DNA from: Octopus sinensis
Lineage: Eukaryota
Assembly: GCF_006345805.1 (NCBI RefSeq)
Contig: NC_043003.1
Span: forward strand, 44,950,001-45,014,000
Length of the DNA: 64,000 nucleotides
Reading direction: 5' to 3'
Shown here: in pieces, positions 55,088 to 64,000 of the stretch
How positions within the stretch are numbered: the first letter of the stretch is position 1
How the letters are laid out: each line of letters begins with the position of its first letter
Translations under genes and position numbers: made by a program
The notes under the pieces: model-generated
Told to the model about the DNA's origin: nothing
The model's input: the letters and a program-made list of their open reading frames with translations, nothing else
Databases searched by the model: none

Positions 55088-55863
55088 TGCCGCAACAGTG
55101 CTCGGGAAAATAAACGATTTAGTCCTAAAATTTCTTTATATGCCTTCCTTAAAGAAATATCCACACTAGGGAATTAGAACAGGGTTTTAGTGTAGCAAAC
55201 GGGCCACACAGTATGCATGTGGGTGTGGGATTGGTTTGGCTAGGCTGAATATAGATGTAGTATGTTTGCTGTGAAAAATATGTTCACAATTCAATATCCC
55301 ACTAAAGAAATAAAGAAAAAATTTGGATCTCGTTTCCCACTGCTAGGTTGTATGCTCAACGTTGGGAACCACAACTCGCACAATCAAACTATGTGTAATC
55401 CACTTCTTGTATGATTTTCATTTCCAATATTTTTCATACACCACCAACGGCTTCCGCAAAACATACGGCCGCATTATTATGACATCAATTTATGTGTTAT
55501 GACGACAGATGCCAGCCTATGAAACAGCATTGCTCTTGTATCAAGGTAGTGATCTCATAATTGCCAAGCAAATTCTTAGGCTAAACATTCCTGAACTTTT
55601 CTCCAGTTACAAACGAAATATATTCATCGAGTATTTGTAATACCTGCCATTTCCGTAACCCCAATGACAGAGAGGTTATATTTTCCAAAATGACCTACGG
55701 GTTTCTTCGAACAGATATTTAAAAGTGATATCAATGAAAAGATTCCCTTTACAGAACATGTTTACTTGTCGTAGTTGTTGTTCTAAGAGCAATTGACGCA
55801 CATAGTATTGTTGCTGGTGATGGTTTTGACTTCACTGTTGTTGTTGTTCATCATCATCATCAC

Positions 55864-55983
55864 CTTCTTCTTCTTCTTCTTCTTCTTCTTCTTCTTCTTC
55901 TTCTTCTTCTTCTTCTTCTTCTTCTTCTTCTTCTTCTTCTTCTTCTTCTTCTTCTTCTTCTTCTTCTTCTTCTTCTTCTTCTT
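55864..55983. repeat. Pure (CTT)40 microsatellite
   Basis: Direct read; it explains the poly-F ORF. Confidence 0.97.
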
Positions 55984-56266
55984 CGTCTTCTTTTTGTTCT
56001 TTTTTATGTTGCTCTTTATTTTCTTACATTGAAAACTGCATTTGACAGTAATTGATTTCTCTTTCTGAATAATTGGTATATTTCTAGACAGATTACAAAA
56101 GTACTACAGCAAATTCACCTGCGACTACTGCCACTACAAATACTGCAAATACCACCACAAGAACAACCACCATGGTAACCGCCACTATCACCACCACTAC
56201 CACCACTACAACTACTACAACAGTAGCGACAACAACAATGACAACTACTACTACTACTACTACTAC

Positions 56267-56298
<32 letters not shown>

Positions 56299-56404
56299 CT
56301 CTAGTTAGTTTGCTGTTATTTATATTGTTCTGTCTTCACCATGACAGTTCAGTATCATACAAATTTTCCGTGTGTTCCTTTCACCTTCATGAGTTGAGCG
56401 CATG

Positions 56405-56742
56405 ACAGTTTGGTAAGGATCTTGTTTCCTAATCACATGGGTCCAGGTTCAGTCCCCTTGCGTGATACTTTGAGTAGAAGTTCTACTATTGCCTCTGGCA
56501 GAGCAAAGCGCTATGACTGGAATTAGTAGACAGAAAGTATATTTATATATGTGTTTGTGTGTGTATTTGTCACTCATTACCAGTGAAGTGTGGCTACATT
56601 ACCGTCCCGTAAATTAGCGCTTCAGCAAAAGAGTCCGATAGAATATGTGCCAAGATTTCAAATATAAATAGTGTGATCGATTTGTTCGACTAAACTCATT
56701 GAAGGTGGTGCCTTGGCATGGCCGCAGTATAATGAAAGGAAA
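56405..56742 (+). mobile_element. SINE family C, diverged
   Basis: tggtaagg...catgggtccaggttcagtcccc ... aagagtccgatagaata ... ttggcatggccgcagt. Confidence 0.65.
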
Positions 56743-56855
56743 AATATATATATATATATAGTTACTCCATATATGAACAAAGAGAAGACACAACAAAGCG
56801 TGGACGGGGAAGAAGTACAGTGTTATTGGACACTCAGGAAAGGAAAGAAAGAAGG

Positions 56856-56895
56856 ATGAGTTAACGTTTCGAGCGGAGCTCTTCGTCAGAAACAT
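56856..56895 (-). ncRNA. Minimal type-I hammerhead motif in a probable PLE pseudo-LTR fragment (about 56765-56975)
   Basis: atgttt-CTGACGA-a-gagc[tcc]gctc-GAAA-cg-TT-aactcat. The core is intact; stem I has only two clean proximal pairs. Confidence 0.6.
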
Positions 56896-56973
56896 AGTAA
56901 AAGGAAAGGTCCAAGGACCGGAAGACGGAAAATGAAAATCGCCAACGATACACACGCGGTCACATTCATATAG

Positions 56974-57007
<34 letters not shown>

Positions 57008-58013
57008 ATATATATATATATATACATACGCGTTTTGCCCTCAAAAACTATACAGAATCACATGCACATACGTACACGACACACATACATACGCATGTGC
57101 ATATACAAACACACATATGTAATATATTACCCTATATTTTAATGTGAGTCATACTAGGTGAACTTAAACAAAGGTCAAGTCTATTAAAAGAATCGATTAT
57201 ACAGGCGTTTGTGTGTCTCGGTCTACATAACGCACTACCAGAAACCTATTTTGTCCTAACACAAATAGTAGATGCACTAAATTTCCATCATACACCGGTA
57301 AAACGAAATTAATGAGATAGACGAAATTAGTGAGATGTATAAGTTCGAAATTGAGATCCCTTATTTTACACGTAGTAAATCTGATATGAATACGGAGACA
57401 GTTTTGGATTGAGGGCATATTTTGAACTGTTATAACTATTTCGGAAAGGCTGCAAAATATGCGTCTACAGAAGAGTTTACTCTATCGTCAAATATAAAAA
57501 AACTAGAGTAAAATTAATTATTATATTACTAAGACAAGCTAAACACATTTGCAATGAAATATATAAACACAAGCACACACGCACATACACGCACACACAC
57601 ACGCATACACACAGATACGCACGCTTAATCATATATATGGTCAGGTGTTGCTCATTTTTTCTGTTATAAAATTTCTGTTATAAAATATAATATATTGCAT
57701 TCAGAAATAGTTCATTTGAAAAACAAACAGAAAATATTCGAATTGAACAAGTTTATCCATTATACATATTTAGGAAAGGAAATAGACTGTAGACGTGAAG
57801 TCGATTGAAATATTTTCTACACGAACATAGTTAACTTATATCAAATTAAATCAATTACATCGGACTTGCCCACAACAGAGTAAAAAAACTATATAAATAT
57901 CTTTCAGGGCTAAGATATATCGGTTTGCGTGATTTTTTTTTCGATCTGGCATTCGGTATTTGGCTGTCTATTCCTGATGACCCGAAGCAGGGTGAAATTA
58001 TGTGATAATACCT

Positions 58014-58383
58014 TGACGTCAGCCGATGCTGGGAAAATGTCGACAATTGATATTATCGGAACTATTTTCTAGCGTCTATCATGTACACTGGGTGTTGTAA
58101 ACAATAGGTTTTACACATAATTTGTTATAAAAAGAGCATGTAAGTCATAATGTGCTGATTAATTTTCTTCATAAAGATTACTTCTGTCGCTAATAACAAA
58201 TTCATATACAGCTCGCCAGCATTTTGCGACATCACTGGCAGTTTAGTTAATACTAAACAATATCTGTTTGACGAATTTTAGATCTGATATTCGTCGTTTG
58301 GCTGTTTGTTGCTGATCATCCAAAACACGAGGAAATCACGTGATACAACAGTGTGATTCGACAGTGCCGACAAAATATCGATA
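58014..58383. promoter_or_regulatory. Cluster of palindromic TF-site-like motifs in a repeat-free, CpG-richer tract
   Basis: TGACGTCA at 58014-58021, ATCACGTGAT at 58335-58344 and TATCGATA at 58376-58383. Motif presence only. Confidence 0.3.
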
Positions 58384-60477
58384 ACCGATAATATTTGTCC
58401 TTTTCGGCATTTGCCTTTTACAGGATTCAGTAAAAGGAATGTATCTGACAAAGCAAACTCGTGTGTACACCGTGCAGGAATATCTGCTTGTCTACCCATC
58501 AAAACCCTTGACGTGATGCTCTTTATCATTACAGGAAGCGGACGGATATTCGAACCAACAACATACAGCAATTAATAGAAAATTTGATAAAAAGTTTTGC
58601 AATTTAGACTAACGTAAAGTGCAACAAAGAAATCATGCTGCAAAACTCTACTTCGACCATTCAAGGATACATATCGATGTAACGATACATGCATAAAACT
58701 GACAACATTTGCAGACAGACTGCAGCTTCAGTTCATCTGAAAAACTGAAAAAAAACCCAAAGACTCAAAGAGATTAACGTGAAATTCAGCCAATTAACAG
58801 CTGGTTTTGATGGACGTGTCTTTCCATGCGTTGATATGCATATCTAACGGCTGTTCGTTTAATAGGGATCCTATTACAGACTCCTCTTTATTCAATAAGG
58901 TATTGATCACTTTGTCTTATCGCGTAATTCTATACCAGAAGAACTAAGTCATTCGCGTAGGACAAGATGTCCCAAAAGTTTACAAGTTGAAAAAGAAGCC
59001 TCAAAACACACGTTGACATTTAAGTCGAAATAGAAGATACTCCAAACAGATGTAGTATGTGATACCAAAACAAGCAAATAAGTCACCATTTAGAATTAGG
59101 ATCGATGCCTGCTCTGCATATAACACCTGAAAGTAGAGTACATTGTCGACAGTTTTACATTGATATAAACTGGAAAGAAGAACACAGTAATCAGATATTT
59201 TAGCCATTGTTGTGTAAGTGTTGTTGAAGGAATTATCTACTGCGCATTGTATATCTTGGATACTGTCGGTGATAGGTCTGCCGACAACAACTACTCTTGT
59301 TTTTGTAGAACAGACAATACTATCAACAACGAGTTTCAAGTTCTTTGCTAGTATCTCGAACACAATCCTAGAATTACTGCTCTGACCTGAAAGAAACACG
59401 AAGGATTATCCCCTTGGTTGCGATTAGCGTCAAGATTCGTGTTAATATATTTACAAATTTTCCTAGATTTCAGCCAAAGTCTATGCACTTTTTAGATGTA
59501 AATGACAATATAGATATCAACTGTTACATATTCTCAGATAACTCGAAGAACAGATCATCCAAACCTGATATTTTCTTCTCACACAGTATCACTGTATTTT
59601 CTGTGCTTCACGTATTTCTACTACCATTCCTGAATTCTCGTAGCATTCTTACTCTCTTTATGAGAATCACTACCTGAGGTAAAGCAAAAAGAGACCAGTG
59701 CATCCCTAAAATTCGAGAAACTTTTTCTTAAAACCGATTGCATGATTTAGAAACTTTTTGTGATAGGATAGGACATCCAATTTTGTTTAGGATGACTGTA
59801 ATGATAATCGTGCATAGTAATAGTTAACGGCCAAACACGCAAATATTTAAACCGTCACATTACTAATTTTACGAATCCACCACTCTGGTGGGACTGGAGA
59901 ACTTGTAATATTTTCCTGCAGTTCTCGTATAGATATTTACATCCCGTTTTTTCTCACAGGTGCAAGTTTTAAGCTTCTTTCATTCGATGTGAATAAAAAG
60001 TAATGATCGGGTACCTGCGTTGATTAAATCGAATACGGTTTAACTCTTTTAATTAACAGCTTTTACGGATTATATAATCCATTTTGTTTATCGTTCCTCA
60101 TCGGCACACGCAAAGTGTACAATATTCTCATTGTAACGTATTCGATAGAATCCATCAGTGATTTTTTTATCGATTATCTGAGCCCAGTGGAATAAAACCA
60201 AAAATCGATTTCGCGATATTCGTTTACTATATGCTGAATATAGTTAGAATGTTACCCAACGTTAGCTTTCAAATGAGTTTACGAAATTTATCTTCTAATT
60301 GTCGTACCTAATCTTATAAAGGTGTCGTTAAATGAGCAGTGCCTGCCTGGAGTATCAAGGAATTCGTTTATAACGTGTTAATGCATTATTAATGCATCAA
60401 TGTTTGATACCACTGCCCGAAATTTTCAGCGTGAAATGTATTACCTTGTTAATGAATATGGCGGAGGACATACGTGT

Positions 60478-60526
<49 letters not shown>

Positions 60527-61669
60527 ATGTATGTACATACATACATACACATATACATAAATAAATACATACATACATACATGTAAATATGGGTATTTTA
60601 CCACACTTTCTACTTATATATATATATATATATATATATGACGTACAAGTACAGGTATTGTGATGCAAATAAAGAAAATAGATTAACAACATGGCTATAG
60701 GCTAGTTCAGAATACTTTGTAGATAAGATAGCGCTAACATCGCCACTCATTTTGAAATCTGGAAATAGTTAGAGAGGTAATGATCGACGTGGAGCACAAC
60801 GAAAATCCAGACAACAATGTATCTGTTCGTTTTGAACGCTTATCAGATTGACACATGAATATCTGAATGTGTTTTTGTTTTCGTGTTTTCTTTCCGTCAT
60901 CAGAGACCACCTCCTCCCTTTAGGCAATCCGTGTGCAAAACACATAATCCACCTGTGTAATGGCATTTCGGGGACATCTCAGTATTTCAAACTTATTTTG
61001 TATCTTCTTCAGTTGAAAGTTACCTCACCTGAACGAGAAATCTAACAGCACGAGGCTCCTCATTAAAACAATCAGCAAAACAAATTTTCTAATAATACTT
61101 ACTGATGTCTGCGATTATAAGTGTTATTTTCTTTCTTTAATTATGAATTCTGCAATCAATAACATTTATAGGGAAATATTGCAACGCGCCAGGCCTATCA
61201 TACATAGTAAATATATACTTGGATTTAATCTCCTTTCGGAGAAGATTAATATAATGTTTCATACAATTCTATGTAAAATTCACATTCAGATGTTATATCC
61301 TTTGACTTCATTACGAAAATATTTTTTGAAGTATTTTAAAATGCCTATCGGTATAATATCGGATAATAGCGCAATATATTGTTACAAGTACTAAACAGAT
61401 TATAAATTATATTTGTTAATGAGTATTTAATATTCGATAATTTTCTCATTATAAACAGCCATATCAAGCGGGGGACGTCAGAAAAGGGTGGAAAATATTG
61501 TTATACGTTCTTATTATGCTAAAAGCTTTTGCATCATTAACATAAATTAGAATGTTAAACATATCTTGCCTTATTTATTGCATCTGACTATGTTCTGAGT
61601 TCAAATTCTACTAAAATCAAATTTGCTCATTTCCTGCTAGCCTCTATAGAATAGTGTAGCCATTTACTT

Positions 61670-61840
61670 AAAGGTCTGAAATTTCGGGGGAGAGGCTTAA
61701 TTTATTATATCGGCCCTGGTGTTCAACCGATATTTAATTTATCGACACCGCCAAAAACATAGAGGACATAAGCGCAAGAGAACGGCTGCGAAGCATTTTA
61801 CCTAGCGTGATAACGATTCTGCAAGCTTGCCGCCTTCCAA
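61670..61840 (-). mobile_element. SINE family A, internally deleted
   Basis: gaaatttcgggggagagg...ttaatttatcgacacc...gataacgattctgcaagcttgccgcc. Confidence 0.55.
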
Positions 61841-61914
61841 AGTAGTAAGAAATACTGACATACATTTTAGTGGGGAAGCTGACAAAATGTTTAGGACATC
61901 AGAGAAAAAAAGAA

Positions 61915-62046
61915 CATCTTAGTATTTATTCTATCGGTGCCTATTGCCGAACCTCTAGATTATGGCGACGTAAACAAACCGACATCGCGAGTCAAGCGAT
62001 ACAAGGGGACAAACACAGACACACAAACACATACATACATGCATAC

Positions 62047-62111
<65 letters not shown>

Positions 62112-62165
62112 TACGTATACGATGGGCTTCTTTCAGTTTCCGTCTACCAAATCCACTGCTTTCAA
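61915..62165 (-). mobile_element. SINE family C middle part
   Basis: tattctatcggtgcctattgccgaacc...gggcttctttcagtttccgtctaccaaatccact. Confidence 0.7.
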
Positions 62166-62925
62166 AGTACGTTAGAATAGGCAGAGGTAAGAGACAATGT
62201 GCCTTCAGGACAAAGACATGATTGCGCCTATGAATGCATTGAAACCCATCGGTCTAGTGTAGGGAATGTTCACTGAGCAAATGATATCTGTCTAAAACAT
62301 ATGATTATTTATTTATTGTTTATTCTAAGAATCATCATACTCGAAAATAAATATATAATTGTAAAACTTCGTTGAAATTACAAATGTTCTTATTTCAACA
62401 TAGACGTTTTATTAAATCCATATGTTTAATTATGTTAAGAACTTTAAAAAAGAATATATATGATTGAATTATTAACAGAAAATTCGTTAATAATTTTTTT
62501 ATCTGCACCGCAGAGATGAACTGCAATATCTATGCCGCTGTGAATTAAAACAAAATTACATTAATACATAAATTGTACTAAAAATATAAGACACTAAATC
62601 TGATTATGAGAGGGAAACGTTATCCTGACTCTGATATTCTGACGTATTTCTTCTATGTTTTCCTTGCATCCGTTTTTTTCCCCTTTCTCCCACTGATTGC
62701 AATCATTTACATACGGAGACTTACACACAGACACGCAAAGACACACACGCACACAAACTCACACACATAGCAAAGAGAAAGCTTTCTTGTGGCTATGAGT
62801 TCTTTTAACGCATATTTCTAGCAATGTTAGTGATAACTAGTACCCTTAGTCACTATAATGTCGTCTACTCCTTTCGGTTGTAAAGTACGAATATTCTACC
62901 TTTATTATATATATATATATATATA

Positions 62926-63338
62926 GTGACGTATTTTTGCCATTTCAATATCGCTAACCCCTAACGGTGGATGCTACTGTAGTTTTTAGCCCCAGGAGGA
63001 CACACTCCTCCAGCTGGCCATAGACACACTATCTGTGTCCTGTCAGTATTTGCAAAGGGAAGTCATCCTTCCCGTCTTCAACTTATGATACACACGGACT
63101 CGAGTTTCGAGGTATTGACCTCTCGTCAGCGTGTGACAATCATAGTCAATACCTCGAAACTCGAGTCCGTGTGTATCATAAGTTGAAGACGGGAAGGATG
63201 ACTTCCCTTTGCAAATACTGACAGGACACAGATAGTGGGTCTATGGCCAGCTGGAGGAGTGTGTCCTCCTGGGGCTAAAAACTACAGTAGCATCCACCCT
63301 TAGGGGTTAGCCATATTGAAATGGCAAAAATACGTCAC
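62926..63338. repeat. Long inverted repeat: 194-bp arms (3 mismatches), 25-nt spacer; probable inverted PLE pseudo-LTR in a (TA)n array
   Basis: Arms at 62926-63119 and 63145-63338, compared base by base. (TA)n lies directly to the left and about 50 bp to the right. Confidence 0.95.
63091..63135 (-). ncRNA. Canonical minimal type-I hammerhead ribozyme
   Basis: cacacg-CTGACGA-gaggt[caat]acctc-GAAA-ctcgag-TC-cgtgtg. All core nucleotides are present; stem I is 6 bp, stem II 5 bp, stem III the palindrome ACUCGAGU. The predicted GUC cut is between 63097 and 63096. Confidence 0.88.
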
Positions 63339-63398
63339 GATGTGTTACCGCTACTGTATATAACTCACTTTGATATTTATCATTGTTATATATATATA

Positions 63399-63446
<48 letters not shown>

Positions 63447-63643
63447 TAAGCAATAAAAGGTTTAGCAACGAATTGCCTTACCACATACCGAATTTAGAAA
63501 TAGCAGTCAAAGAGTTATAGCTATTTCTTCTACTAAATATATATTTAAATATTAATATGACAACCAAAGAATGAATGAGATCTCGATAGTATGTAAAATA
63601 TAGGAATTTATCTACAAATATAATAAGTGGCAATTAGTTGGTT

Positions 63644-63712
63644 GTCAATAAAACTCAGAATTACGAATACCGGGGCTGAACTCTGCCCCGGCACCTCATC
63701 AGTTATTAAGAC
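63644..63712 (-). ncRNA. Type-I hammerhead motif, A13U variant, in a probable PLE pseudo-LTR fragment (about 63445-63715)
   Basis: gtc-tt-aataa-CTGATGA-ggtgccggggc[agagttca]gccccggtattc-GTAA-ttctgag-TT-ttattgac. Strong stem II, stem I of 5+3 bp, and GAAA read as GTAA. Confidence 0.62.
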
Positions 63713-64000
63713 AAACGCTATGGAAAAAAAAAAACGTTGAATAAATGGAAATTACTCCAATAGGCATGGGGAAGGTAATACTTCGTTCATAGAATACGCA
63801 TATGTACACATATATACACACACACACACTCACGTACATGTGTGCACAAACACACACACATATGTATATATATATACATTCACACTCGCGTTTACGTGTA
63901 CATATAAACACATATATACATATATATGTCTACGCATACACGCACATACGCATATATACCCATGCATGCATCACTACGCTCATATACACATCTCTACACG

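Noticed and set aside
57962-58024. CTGATGA-ccc[gaagca]ggg-t-GAAA-ttat[gtg]ataa-TA hammerhead-like string
   Set aside because: Stems II and III look real, but the proximal stem I (tattc versus cctt) cannot pair and no type-III partner was found. Kept only as a possible remnant.
63097-63651. Retrozyme-like 555-nt unit between two same-strand hammerheads
   Set aside because: The two ribozymes are not repeats of one unit, one has a mutated core, and a TA array separates two apparently independent insertions.

Overview
AT-rich, microsatellite-dense eukaryotic DNA. The repeat families and composition look like an octopod cephalopod (Octopus sp.); this is recognition by eye, not a search result. 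I could not identify any host protein-coding gene, and almost all supplied ORFs are translated microsatellites. The window is mostly transposon debris: three tRNA-headed SINE families, Tc1/mariner fragments and MITEs, RTE, CR1-type and R4/Dong-type LINE remnants, and Penelope-like elements (PLEs). The main signal is a set of about nine type-I hammerhead ribozyme (HHR) motifs between 33 kb and 63.7 kb, read directly as stem I - CUGANGA - stem II - GAAA - short palindromic stem III - UH. One at 63091-63135 (minus strand) has a fully canonical core. Three long inverted repeats (39.8, 43.8 and 63.1 kb) fold back inside or right next to a hammerhead. These include a perfect 158-bp spacerless palindrome with one HHR on each strand, and a hairpin with 194-bp arms that holds the catalytic CUGACGA in its loop. 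PLE-associated minimal hammerheads are an established class, so any novelty lies in these instances, core variants and fold-back architecture. Activity is untested. Coordinates were counted by hand; repeat boundaries are approximate.
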